DNA of 63,978 bases, filler included, from Octopus bimaculoides (GCF_001194135.2; 8 parts of 8 records of this genome joined end to end with filler, not necessarily neighbours in it); one strand, 5' to 3'. Positions 37,191-49,086 are shown, numbered from the whole stretch's first letter. The notes: generated from the letters alone by a model not told the origin. Translations and numbers: made by a program.

Positions 37191-37787
37191 TAAATGCCCT
37201 GGTGCAGTACCAGGCAGTGGCTCACATAGCTTCTGATCTTAACTGATTGGAAGTGCTGCCATGTAGGAGGAGAGGGAGGAGGACGACGATGATGACGACG
37301 ACGATAATGATGATGATGACGATGATGACGATGACGAGGATGATGATGACGATGATGATGATGACGAGGATGATGATGATGATAATGATGATTTTTCTTA
37401 TAGGCTACAAAGGCTCAAAGCATTGAGGATAATGCAAGGACGAAAAAAGAAATACACAAAAATGGGTTTTACATAAAAAAAAAATAATAAAATCGAAGAC
37501 AAGCTGCAGAAATAGGTGCGACACGAACGGTGCTTGACATGGACACGAACGGTCCCGATATTTCTCCGGATGTGTCAACTCCAGAAGTTGGTTATTGATC
37601 GTCAGCGACGGCATCTCGAAGCCCCCACAGAGCGGGTGTTTGGTAACAGAAAGATTTCCTTACCAACAAAACAAGTCACTTCCATAAAATGGTGAAAAGC
37701 GTGCGCTCTAGTCTGGTCAAGAAGAACGTTCAGTAGTACACAAGCGAAGGCGATGTTCGTGATGTTAACGATGATGATGATAATGAC

Positions 37788-37833
<46 letters not shown>

Positions 37834-38080
37834 GTGACGACGATGATAAGGACGAATATGACGGTGTTGCTGTTATCGCTGGTGGTGATGGTCGCCAGCA
37901 AGTGTATGTTTTTGTTGTTGTTGTCGTCGTTGTTGCTGTTGTGATAATTGGAGCTGCGTAGGTTTCGTTGTGATAATAACAGCGGTTGATTTGGTTAGCA
38001 TCTAATAGCAGAGGCCGCTTCTGATAATAGCCGATATGTGGATAGCTTTTTTTTCTAGTTTGGCATTGGTGACGACGGTT

Positions 38081-38168
38081 GCAGCGGCGTCAGCGGCGGC
38101 AGCGGCGTCAGCGGCGGCAGCGGCGGCAGCGGCGGCAGCGGCGTCAGCGGCGGCAGCGGCGGCGGCAA
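38081..38168. repeat. GC-rich 9-bp minisatellite (GCAGCGGCG / TCAGCGGCG)
   Basis: Direct reading; about 9-10 units. Confidence 0.9.
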
Positions 38169-39169
38169 TGGTGGCTGTTGGTGGTGGCGTGCTTTGTCAA
38201 TCGTTGCTGATTATACTGGTACAGTGTCCTCTGTTAAGAACAATTATTAAAGAAGCTTTATTGTTCTTTTATTATTACATTCCTTGGTTTATAAAACAAT
38301 TGATTGCAAAAATACGTGTCGGACTAAATATTATGATGTATTTGTTCCGCCACTTTACGTTCTGAGTTCAAATCCCGCTGAGGTGAACTTTGCCCTTCAT
38401 ACTTTCGGAGGTTCGTAAAATAAGAGCTCGTTTAGTGCAATGGATCACTAGAATTGCTGGAGTGTTGGATTAGTTCTGTTTCAGTACATTTTGAGTTCAG
38501 ATCCTGCTGTGGCCAAAATTTGCTTTCCAAAATTCCGGGATCAATTTTAAACTGTGAATTTGCAGACTTGTTAGAGCACTCAACGAAATGCTTTCTGGTA
38601 TTTAGTTACAAATCTTTGTATTCTGAACTCAAAACCCACCGATATCAACTTTGTCTTTCTTCTTTACGGAATCTATATTATGAAGCCTGGTCACTGTAGA
38701 GCAATGTCTTTCAAATAACAAAAGCTGGTTGTTGAGATAGCGTAGAAAATATGTAAATGAAAATAAAGTTTATTTGGTAGCCGAAAGATTACTGAATCTT
38801 TTGATATCTCATGCATCAAAATCGGCAACTCAGCTTTCGAAGGCATAAGGAACATACGCAGAGACATACACACATACAAACTCTCTTTTATATACAGATA
38901 TATTTGTGTTTACGTATGTATGTATGTATGTATGTATGTATGTATGTATGTTATAGTTCAGTTTTATTTCAAGATTTCTTGCCAATAGAGAAAGAGCAGG
39001 TTTCTAACCTAGAACCAAGGCTCCTTCATTGGAATTTCAACATCAACAACAGGTTATTTTTGTTTGTATGTATGTATGTATGTATGTATGTATGTATGTA
39101 TGTGCAAATTTGTACGTTTTGCTTTATGTGTGTATTCTCATGCTCATATATGTTTAAATGATAAACTAG

Positions 39170-39620
39170 AATGTTTTACTGATTTTTTACAGTTTCAGTG
39201 ATGGACTGGGTCTGTAGTCTTCGAATTAGCTTTCTCCTGTCTGGTTTTGAGAAGCCTAATTTCTCAAGATTGGTATTTAGGCAGTGTGTTACACATCCCA
39301 GTGTCCCAATAATTACAGGTATGAACCTGAACTTGTAATCAGGATAGAGTAACTGCAGATTTCTCAGTAGTTCAGCATAGGTGTTCTCATTTTCATTGAT
39401 CTTCTTCTTTATGTTAACATCCGCTGGGCAGTTAATTTCCACAACTATACACAGTTTCTCTTTTATGTCCCAAATCATTATGCAGAGGTTTGTTGTGCTT
39501 ACATTTTATTGAGGTCTTCACTGGAACATTCCACCAGTATTCCTTTTTATTAGAAGTGGCTATGGCTTCTCCCATACTGTGGGTTCTTATTTCTTTGTCC
39601 TCGTGGTTATCCTTCCGGTG
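39170..39620 (-). mobile_element. Restriction-like endonuclease fragment of a second R4-clade subfamily
   Basis: YWWNVPVKTSIKCKHNKP..MIWDIKEKLCIVVEINCPADVNI.KKINE.ENTYAELLRNLQLLYPDYKFRFIPVIIGTLG. Confidence 0.8.
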
Positions 39621-39714
39621 GATCTCATTATAGAGCGTCCTAGCTACAACGCATTACTGATCCCAATCGGCTGTTCTGTCCATTTCTATGTTTAGCCCCC
39701 TGTAGGCAATAAAG

Positions 39715-40090
39715 AAATTGGTATTTCGTCTGCCTATACGCTCTGAGTTCAAATTCCGCCGCGGTCGACTTTGCATTTCATCCTTTTGAGCTTGATAAAA
39801 TAAGTATCAGTTGAGCACTGGGGTCGAGGTAATCGATTTATCCCTTTCCGGAACTTGCAGGACTTGTGGCATAATTTGAAATCAATATTTATAGAATCGT
39901 TAGCACGCCGGTCAAAATGCTTAGAGGCGTTTCGTCCGTGTTTACGTTCAGAGCTCAAATTCGGCCGAAGTCGACTTTGTTTCCATCCTTTCAGAATCGA
40001 TCAAATAAGTATCAGTTGAGTCCTGGGGTCGCTGTAATCGGCTGGTCCCCTACCCCGAAATTGCTAGCTCTGTGCCTAAATTTGAAGCCA
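39715..40090 (+). mobile_element. Two adjacent SINE family A copies
   Basis: ctgagttcaaattccgccgcggtcgactttgc...ttcatcc... occurs at about 39740 and again at about 39950. Confidence 0.8.
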
Positions 40091-40189
40091 TTATTAATTT
40101 CGGAACAAAATAAACCAAGAAACCATAAATTTTGAAACGTCTTGAATTCTCTTGAACGCTGCCAGCGACGATGACGATAGCGTTGGTAG

Positions 40190-40780
40190 GAGAGAGATGG
40201 AGAGCGAGAGAGAGAGTAAGTGAGTGAGTGAGTGAGTGAGAAAGGAAGAGAGGGGGAGGAAAAGCTAGAAGGTGAAAGAATGAGAGCGAATGAGAAAGTG
40301 AAAAAGAGAGAGAGAAAAAGCTAGAGAGTTGGAGGATAGAGTGAGTGACTGAATGAATGATAAAGAGAAAGAGGGGGAGATTAATTAGAGAATGAAACAG
40401 AGAGAGAGAGAGACAAAGAGAGGGAGAGCGATAGAGAGAGTGATAGAGAGGGCGGGGGAGAAAGAATGAGTGAGTGAGTGAGTGAGTGAGTGAGTGAACG
40501 AGCGAGCGAGAGAGTGGGTGAGAAAGAGAAAAACAGAGAAAGAGTTAGGGAGAAGGAGAGAGAGGGGGGGTATTTGAACCGACATCCAGGCTTCAGCGAT
40601 GTCTGTCTTTCCATTCAACGGCCGAGAAGAGGAGGAGAAAGGAAAGACAGAAGAAAGGATAACAGCAACAGTAATAACAAGAATCGGGAGGACAAAAAAT
40701 CACAAATAGCATCGACTGGAAAAAGGAGAGAAAAGAAATCAAAGAGAGAGAGAGAGAGAAAGAGGGAGAAGAGAGAGTTT
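40190..40780. repeat. About 600-bp polypurine (GA/GAGT) tract upstream of the coiled-coil ORF
   Basis: Direct reading of the sequence. Confidence 0.85.
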
Positions 40781-41424
40781 GGATTTATAGAATTTATTAC
40801 AGTATTTTGTTTCAATATATTTCTCGACCAACAATTAAGAGAGCTGCCACCTACTTCGACAAGGATTGAACTAACAAACGCTTGTATTACACACACAGAC
40901 ACGCATACACACACTCATAAAGAAATTTAGTGTGCGGTTATATTGAAGGAAAGCTTTGCAATTGTCCATCTAAACAATCCGTCACGATTTTTTGTTTGTT
41001 TGTAATTTAAATCTTCAATTATAATCAACTGACTCACAAATAATATCATCAACAAATAACTACAAAATCAACAACAATATCGAAGACAACTACACGAGGA
41101 ACAAATCGATAAAACAAGGATAAGGAATAAGCATTTGAAAAGAATGAAACGAAATGAAATCCAAGGTTTTTTATAAATATGAAATGTAACGGAAAAAAAT
41201 AAACGAAACGAAATAATAAACACAGGAAGGAGATCAAAAACCGAAATAAATTTTAAAAAACAAGAAAGAAAATAGAAAAATTAAACAGATGCGAAATATT
41301 TTAACAAAAATTGTGACTAATGTGTTGATAAAGTGATTAATTTTCGAGCCGTTTTGGGTGTCTTTGTTTAGTTGTTTTGTTTGGTTTTTGTTGGAGTGAT
41401 TGTGGCGAAGTAAAAGAAGCTAAG

Positions 41425-42156
41425 ATGGAGGACACAGCAAAAGTTAAAGAGGACTTTAGTAAACATCCGTGGGTCTTGAAACTAATGACTGATCAAAAGA
41501 GAAGACGTCGGGATTTAAATCAAATCCTGGAAGATGTCACACTTGCGCAGCAGATCGAAAATATTAAATCGATCAGCAAGAAACACGAACGTATCTCACG
41601 GCAGCTAGAGAGCGAACTCGAAGAAAACAAAAACTTGACGATGAAAACAACGAAAATGGAAGTGGATTTCGAACGACTTCGTTGGGCGTTAGAAGAAAGC
41701 AACGCCCGAAATGAATCGCTCAAGAAAGAATTGTCGTTTAATAAAGAACAATTGGACAAGGAAACGAAGAAAATCCTGGTAGAAGCGCAGCGAAAAATCT
41801 CTCGTTACAAGACGGAATTTTACAGAATGCAAGATGAATACGAACGAAAGCGAGAAAATTTGCGGAAGAGCAGTACCGAATGTCAAAATGCTAAGAAAAA
41901 ATACGAGGCCCTTTTAAATGCATCAACTTTAAATCAAAATGAATTGAGTAACATTGAACACGAGGCGGCACATCTACAGCTGTTGTTGAATGACTCTAAT
42001 AATTTGTTGGCCTCAAATGGCAACGACTGTAATAAAGAATCGTCAATGAGTCAGCAAAATAACGGGATCGAACCTCGAAAACTTTTGACCGAAATTAATA
42101 CTGAAATGGAAACTCTTATCAAACAATGGAAATCGGAAAAATGTATTAAAAAATAA
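41425..42156 (+). CDS. Intronless 243-aa predicted coiled-coil protein, no family recognised
   Basis: Uninterrupted ORF of complex sequence with an AAG-ATG-G start context and an in-frame upstream stop at 41338-41340. It has an E/K/L-rich heptad-like helix (RISRQLESELEENKNL...FERLRWALEESNARNESLKKEL) and no TE motifs. AATAAA at 42152-42157 overlaps the stop. Confidence 0.7.
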   Translation: MEDTAKVKEDFSKHPWVLKLMTDQKRRRRDLNQILEDVTLAQQIENIKSISKKHERISRQLESELEENKNLTMKTTKMEVDFERLRWALEESNARNESLKKELSFNKEQLDKETKKILVEAQRKISRYKTEFYRMQDEYERKRENLRKSSTECQNAKKKYEALLNASTLNQNELSNIEHEAAHLQLLLNDSNNLLASNGNDCNKESSMSQQNNGIEPRKLLTEINTEMETLIKQWKSEKCIKK

Positions 42157-43200
42157 ACCGGAAGTAACTACTTAATTACATTATGCTTGTTAGCTCGTTT
42201 GTTTTAAATATTTAGTGCGAAGGTGGCGAAGGTAGGGGCAACACCCTTCCGTGAACATTATTATGCTGAGCCTCTAAAGAGGTTGTGTTGCTGATGGTGG
42301 TGGTAACGAGGAAAGGGAAATTACGTTTCATGTTGTCGTGGTGGTTGCGATGACAATGGGCGATGGTTGTTGTTCTTGTCAATATTGTTGCTTTTTGCTA
42401 TGGAGTCTCAGGTCAGTCCTTGATATAATACTCCAGATACTCTACGCCAAAGACCACAGCTTCCATTGCGTCCCAGCTTTTTAAAACAATAGGGGGATGA
42501 GTGCCCATAGTTCTCTGCAGTAGGAAACAATTTATCCTCAGACAGGGTCACAGTTTGAGTACTTGTCGTCACGCCGCCACCACGATCGGCGTAGTTTTCT
42601 TCTTCTCAATTTCTTCTTCTTCTTCTTCTTCTTCTTCTTCTTCTTCTTCTTCTTCTTCTTCTTCTTCTACTAGGACTTCTTTTTCTTAAATCTCACATTT
42701 GTTTTCATCTTCATCTTCTTCTAATTCATCTTCATCCTGCTCTTCATCCTTTCCTGTTATATTTTCTTTTTCTTTTACCTCCTGCTTTTATCTTCTCTCT
42801 TTCCTCTTCTTTTTATCTTCATCTCCTTCAACTTGTTTTGTATTCTACTTCTTCTTTCTCCTCTTGTTTCTCTTCCGATTTCTTCTTTATCAAATACCAC
42901 CATTCTGAGGGTCAATAAAATAAAAACACTATCCAAGTAATTGGATCGATTTATTGAGGAATGACTCGATTAACACTCGGAGTTTCACAGTAGTCGGATG
43001 CTTTCATTAAACTTTTGCCGACGAATCGGCCGAGTAATAAGCGTGCGGGAAACTCTGCGTAAAAGAATGACAAAGGAGTGAGTCATCATCTGGAAGGAAC
43101 GTATGCAATCACGTACATACATGTATATATATATGTAACATATGGTTTAATTATAAACAGCGCAAGTTTTAGCCATTTCTCCGCAGACTGAAAAAATGAC

Positions 43201-43252
43201 GAACAACCTTAATCGATTTTCAAACCTTGTCGGGTTCTCATCAGAGGCGTCC
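43201..43252 (-). ncRNA. Near-intact type I hammerhead ribozyme (solo pLTR-like fragment)
   Basis: Minus strand: GACGCCT / CTGATGA / GAACC-CGACAA-GGTTT / GAAA / ATCGAT / TA / AGGT. The core is canonical. The stem II base pair is G-U, likely a CpG decay of G-C. Stem I is 4 bp. Confidence 0.7.
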
Positions 43253-43289
43253 ACACACACACACACAGACACACACACACACACGCACG

Positions 43290-43334
<45 letters not shown>

Positions 43335-43532
43335 TCTCTTTTACTCTTTACTCTTTTACTTGTTTCAGTCATTTGACTGTGGCCATGTTGGAGCACCGCC
43401 TTTTAGTCGAGCTAATCGACCCCAGAACTTATNNNNNNNNNNNNNNNNNNNNNNNNNNNNNNNNNNNNNNNNNNNNTTAATTAATTAANNNNNNNNNNNN
43501 NNNNNNNNNNNNNNNNNNNNNNNNNNNNNNNN

Positions 43533-43900
43533 AAAAATTTTAGTGGGGTTACAAACAGCACCACACACAGGTTGATACATTACAACTGTTTTTTTCAGAT
43601 TGATGGTCAGGCCAAAATCATCACAAGCTGCGTCAAATGCAGATACAAGGGATTGCAGACCCGATTCAGAACGACTAACCAGATCGCAATCGTCAGCATA
43701 CAAAAGTTCCCTAATAAGTGAAGTAAAAACCTTCGTTTTAAACTTCAGTCGGGTCAAATTAAAAACATTCCCTGTTGTTCGATATTTTATGTAGATATCC
43801 TCCTCAGAGTTTTGAAAGGAATGTGACACCACAACGGCAAAGTATATTGCAAAGAGGGTGGGTGCATCAAGGTCTCCCTGCTTTACTCCATTTTCCACAG
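43533..43900 (-). mobile_element. RTE-clade (BovB-like) reverse transcriptase fragment
   Basis: NGVKQGDLDAPTLFAIYF...FNLTRLKFKTKV...IRELLYADDCDLV...LQSLVSAF..ACDDFGLTINLKKTVVMYQP. Confidence 0.92.
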
Positions 43901-44454
43901 CAAAAGATTCAGAAAGCCTACCACCAAAATTAACCCTAACTCATACATAAATACATACATACATGTATACACATTTACACACACACACACACATACATGC
44001 ACATACATATTAACACATGTATATCGCTGACCACAACATTCAGTTTTTTTCTCCGTGTTTTTCTCCTTGTTTTCTCCTTATTCTTTCTGTTGAAGAGCGT
44101 AGCTGGAAACGTTAAAGACTTTCTCTATTCCCGAGCATTAAACTAATACATCCTTTTGTTGTTTACACCACCTGTCCTCGTCTGTTGTTGTTTTTTTCGT
44201 AAATTCTCCCATATGTACATATATACATACATAGAGACAGACAGACATTTATGCGCACATACATGCATATATACATATATAGAAACACACATATATATAT
44301 ACATATCTACATACCTACATATATGAAGACATCTTGGATAAGTGTACTTTGCTCTAGCCTTGGGCTGACCAAAGCCTTGTGAATGGATTTGGTAGACAGA
44401 AACTGAAAGGATCTCACACATTTTCCAGTATATATACCTATATATATCTATAGG

Positions 44455-44900
44455 GCGGCGAGCTGGCAGAATTGTTAGCATGCCGGACGAAATACTTAGC
44501 GTTATTTCATTTGCCATCATGTTCTGAGTTCAAACTCCACCGAGGTCAACTTTGCCTTTCATCCTTTCGGGGTTGATTAAATAAGTACCAGTTAAGCACT
44601 GGGGTTGATGGAATCAACTTAAACTGTTTGTCTGTTCTTGTTTGTTCCCTCTATTTTTAGCCCCCTGTGGGCAATAAAGAAATAAATATATATATATGTT
44701 TGTGTGTCTGTGTTTGTGCCCCCCACCATCACTTGACAACCAATGTTGGTGTGTTTACATCTCCGTAACTTAGTGGTTTGGCAAAAGAGACTGATAGAAT
44801 AAGTACTAGGCTTACAAAGAATAAGTCTTGGGTCGATTTGTTCGACTAAAGGCGGTGCTCCAGCATGGCTGCAGTCAAATGACTGAAACAGGTAAAAGAA
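44455..44900 (+). mobile_element. SINE family A copy followed by a SINE family B tail
   Basis: A-box tggcagaattgttag and B-box gagttcaaactcc, then the family B tail ending gcagtcaaatgactgaaacaggtaaaagaataaaaga. Confidence 0.85.
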
Positions 44901-44910
44901 TAAAAGAATA

Positions 44911-44944
<34 letters not shown>

Positions 44945-45095
44945 CACACACACACACACACACACAGACGGCATTCTGTTTTTCTTACATTTCTTTATCC
45001 AACTGAAAAGATCTGACCTGGACCCAATGCACCAATGGATTGCTGACTGGCAATTGAAGCTGGTGGTAGACAAGTGTACCACTATGCATTTTAGA

Positions 45096-45147
<52 letters not shown>

Positions 45148-45164
45148 GACCTACTCACTCCACA

Positions 45165-45171
45165 ACACCAT

Positions 45172-45212
<41 letters not shown>

Positions 45213-45448
45213 GTGGTATCATTGGCATCATCATCACTGTTGCCATTCTTGTCATTGTCTTCGTTATCATCATCGCCATCATCATTGTCGTCGTCGTCGT
45301 CATCATCATCACCACCACCACCATCATCATGATCATGATCATGATCATCATCGTCATCATCACCATCATCATCATCACCACCACCACTACCACCCTCATC
45401 ATCATCATCGTCGTCATCATCATCATCATCATCACCATCATCATCATC

Positions 45449-45502
<54 letters not shown>

Positions 45503-45541
45503 GTCGTCATCATCATCATCATCATCACCATCATCATCATC

Positions 45542-45586
<45 letters not shown>

Positions 45587-45680
45587 GTCATCATCATCAT
45601 CATCATCATCACCATCACCACCATCACCACCACCATGATCATGATCATGATCATGATCATGATGATGATCATCATCATCA
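45165..45680. repeat. About 520-bp imperfect (CAT)n array with CAC/CGT/GAT variants
   Basis: Direct reading. It forms the tail of the adjacent minus-strand repeat. Confidence 0.95.
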
Positions 45681-46150
45681 TCTCCATTTAACGTCTGTTT
45701 TCCCATGCTGTCATGGGTTGGGCAGTTCGACAGGAACTGGTGAACCAGAGGACTGTACTGAACTTTAACATTTGCTTTCGCATGATTCTCTACAGCTGGA
45801 TGCTCTTCCTGCCACCAACCACATCACTGAGTGTACTAATTGCTTTGTGCATGGAATTGGCTCAGGTGAGGTCACCGAGTGACTCACAGGACAAGAAACC
45901 TTGACTGAGTGGGGGAGTAGCAGTGAGGGAGGTGTCTTTATGGCATGTGATGAGAGGTTAAAATATGATAAACGGACAGGAAGAGGTGTCTTGGCATGGA
46001 GAAAGTACATGGTTGCCCCAGAGAGAAAAGAGAAAACATAGTGGTAAACGAGTGTCAGAGCATACCCTGAAGATACAGAAAGATGAACCCAAGAGAATTT
46101 GTAGGGGTCGATATGTAGGTTCACTGCTGGTGTATGTGACCCAGGCATGT
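45680..46150 (-). mobile_element. SINE-like repeat with a ...ttaaa(t)gg-(GAT)n tail
   Basis: catttaacgtctgttttcccatgctgtcatgggttgg...acagctggatgctcttcctgccaccaacc directly abuts the CAT array and resembles a remembered cephalopod SINE 3' end. Confidence 0.55.
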
Positions 46151-46239
46151 CAACAATGAGCTGTGTTGGAAATCCTCTTAGCCCCTTGTGGAGCATAGGG
46201 CCGGTTTCCCGGTTTCCATGGCATATGTGTTCCCCCCTA

Positions 46240-46470
46240 GCTGGACAGGACGTCAGTCCATTGCAGCATTTTACTCAAGAAACAGGAAGAAAGAGTGAGA
46301 GAAAATTGGGGCGAAAGATTACAACAGGGGTCGCCACCACTCTCTGCCAGAGCCTCGTGGAACTTTAGGTGTTTTCACTCAATAAACACACAACGCCCAG
46401 TCTGGGAATCGAAACCGTGATACTCTGACTGTGAGTCCGCTGCCCTAACCACTGGTCCATTGCGCCCCCA
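46240..46470 (-). mobile_element. SINE family C, 5' part
   Basis: The reverse complement reads gggggcgcaatggaccagtggttagggcagcggactc...gtttcgattcccagactgggcgttg. Confidence 0.85.
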
Positions 46471-47546
46471 CAATGAGCTGTGTTGAACGAACCATATTTC
46501 TAAAATCATTAAAATGTCTGAAGATATATTAGCATCTCTCAGTGAGATGTTTGTGTCAGCAGCTAGCTCTTTATTTAAAGCTATATATATGGCTGTGCTC
46601 TGTCCACATTTAGAGTTTACATCTCCTGTTAGGAACCCCCTTCAGAATATTGATTTAGTGAAAGCTGTACTGAAATGTGTAACCAGAAAAATATCTGCCA
46701 TCAGTCATTTACCATATCTTGAATGTATTGCTTCTCTGAGCATTGATACAATAAAGCTTGGACATCTTACAGCTTACTTGGTAGACGCCTACAAGATTAT
46801 CTGCCATCATTTTTAACAACTTTGGCCATTTTTTTCAATTCAATGCTTCTATCACTTTGGAGCGTGTTTATAAAATCAAAAAAAAAAAAAAAAGAAATGG
46901 TGCAGCATCCATGACTTTTGGCAATATTTTTTTAACAATCATAATTATCAAAGTGTGGAATAAGCTACCAGCATCCAATGCTAGCTGTCCAGACATACCA
47001 TCTTTGAGAAATTCCATGTTTCCCAAAGCTCACCAACATTACTCCTGCTGTGCTTATGCACTCTCTCTATCTTTCTATCTCTCTTTCTTTCTATCTCTCT
47101 CACTCTCTCTCTATCCATCTGTCTGTCTGTTCGTCTTTCTGTTCATCTGTCTGTCTGTCCTTCTGTCAGTCTATCCATCCATCAATCCGTCTGTCCATCC
47201 ACCTGCCTGTCTGCCTGTCCGTCCGTCTGTCCGTCTGTCCGTCTGTCTGTCCGCCTGCCTGTCCGTCCATCCATCCATCCATCCATCTGTCCGCCTGTCT
47301 GCCCATCCATCCGTCCATCTGTCTGTCCGTCCATCCACCCGCCCGCCAGCCCATCTGTCCGTCTGTCCGTCTGCGTGCCCGTCTGCCTATCACTCTGTCT
47401 GTATATATGCCTTGGGTGTGATTTTAAATCGCATCCAATAACAGGGNNNNNNNNNNNNNNNNNNNNNNNNNNNNNNNNNNNNNNNNNNNNTTAATTAATT
47501 AANNNNNNNNNNNNNNNNNNNNNNNNNNNNNNNNNNNNNNNNNNNN

Positions 47547-47785
47547 CTGTACTCTTTCACCACAACTTTCTCTCACTCTTACTTCCTGTTTCTGTTGTGC
47601 CTGTAATTCAAAGGGGCCAGCCTTGTTACACTGTGTCACGCTGAATATCCCCGAGAACTACGTTAAGGGTACACGTGTCTGTGGAGTGCTCAGCCACTTG
47701 CACGTTAATTTCACGAGCAGACTGTTCCGTTGATCGGATCAACTGGAACCCTCGACGTCGTAAGCGACGGAGTGCCAACAAACAA
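47547..47785 (+). mobile_element. SINE family C, 3' part
   Basis: Colinear with 58105-58325. Confidence 0.85.
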
Positions 47786-47924
47786 ACATACAACAATTCA
47801 CGTGTGTATAAGTCGCAATATTTAGTCCTTGATTTTAGCTGAAAAAACTGGGGCGAGATTTGTACAAGGGACAAAGGGGCAAAATATACAAAGAAGAAGT
47901 TTCGTACTAAGATTTTACATTAGA

Positions 47925-47957
47925 TTTGGTGTGCCACTTACGCTCGAGTATATACGG
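47925..47957 (-). mobile_element. Possible pogo/Tigger-type transposon terminus
   Basis: The reverse complement TA|CCGTATATACTCGAGCGTAAG resembles remembered pogo-family TIR starts. No partner TIR was found. Confidence 0.3.
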
Positions 47958-48085
47958 TACTCAAGAACTCCAGCAGCGTATCACCAGTGTCTGTAGGCGC
48001 AAATCGAATCAAATACTGCAAGGCATCGATTTGGATGATCTAACATTCGCCCCACCCATCACCCTCAGGGAGTGTCTGCACGATG

Positions 48086-48140
<55 letters not shown>

Positions 48141-48149
48141 ATCTATCTA

Positions 48150-48356
48150 CAGGGTGCGGCAGAAATACCTCCCACATTTGAAAAGTTGACAAAAGGAAAA
48201 AGAAACAACATTTATGAAAAATTAATTTTGCTGTAGTTTAAACAAAGGGTCACAGTTTTTGTTCATTAGCTAAATGAAAACATCATTGCCACTTGCCTAA
48301 GTTCATTAGCAACACACAGGTGAAAGTTGAAAATGTGGGAGGTATTTCTGCAGCAT

Positions 48357-48360
<4 letters not shown>
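48150..48360. mobile_element. Tc1/mariner-type MITE, 211 bp, inserted in a microsatellite
   Basis: TIRs CAGGGTGCGGCAGAAATACCTCCCACATTT and AAATGTGGGAGGTATTTCTGCAGCATCCTG match at 28/30. TA at 48148-48149. Confidence 0.88.
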
Positions 48361-48401
<41 letters not shown>

Positions 48402-49051
48402 GTGTCTATCTATCTGTGTCTATCTATCTGTGTCTATCTATCTGTGTCTATCTATCTGTGTCTATCTATCTGTCTATCTGTGTCTGTCTATGTTGGATTC
48501 ATCACTGGATCATAGTCTAATTGCAGTCGTAGTGGTGTTGGTGGAAGTAACACATGCATTACCAGCAATACCAGCAACAGCAGCAGCAGCAGTTGTAATA
48601 GTAGTAGTAGTAGTAGTAGTAGCAGTAGCAGTAGCAGTAGTAGTAGTAGTATCAGTAGTACCGATATTGTTTGAAGTAGCAGTGGTGATGATGGTGATGG
48701 CGGTTAGTGGTTGTGATGTGCATGGAATTTGTACTTTAAGAATAACCGAGGTGAAGTCATTGGCAGCATACATACATACATACATACATGTGTGTGTGTA
48801 TATGTATATGTGTGTGTTTGCGCGTGTGTATACGTATATGTATGTCTGTTATTTTGTTGTTACTCTTCGTCTTTGCGTGTAAACAAGGAATTTATCAATC
48901 GACACGTGACTGTCTCAAAATGGCGGAAAAGTTTGTCCTTATTTCTGTATTTTTTTCCACCAGGAAGTAAAATCTTAAGGACGAAACCTAATTTACTCGT
49001 TGTCTATATTTCATTCCAGAGAAAAATAATGGTGATTAAGGCACTAGTGGT

Positions 49052-49086
<35 letters not shown>

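Larger units (their letters stand above)
45001..47030 (+). mobile_element. CR1-clade LINE RT remnant split by later insertions (pieces at 45001-45094 and about 46480-47030)
   Basis: DLDPMHQWIADWQLKLVVDKCTTMHF; LFKAIYMAVLCPHLEFTSPV.NP...LVDAYKII; FL..IIIKVWNKLP. Confidence 0.75.

Noticed and set aside
45146-45706. Long poly-Ile, poly-Met and poly-Asp/His ORFs
   Set aside because: These are translations of a (CAT)n microsatellite, which lacks stops in several frames.
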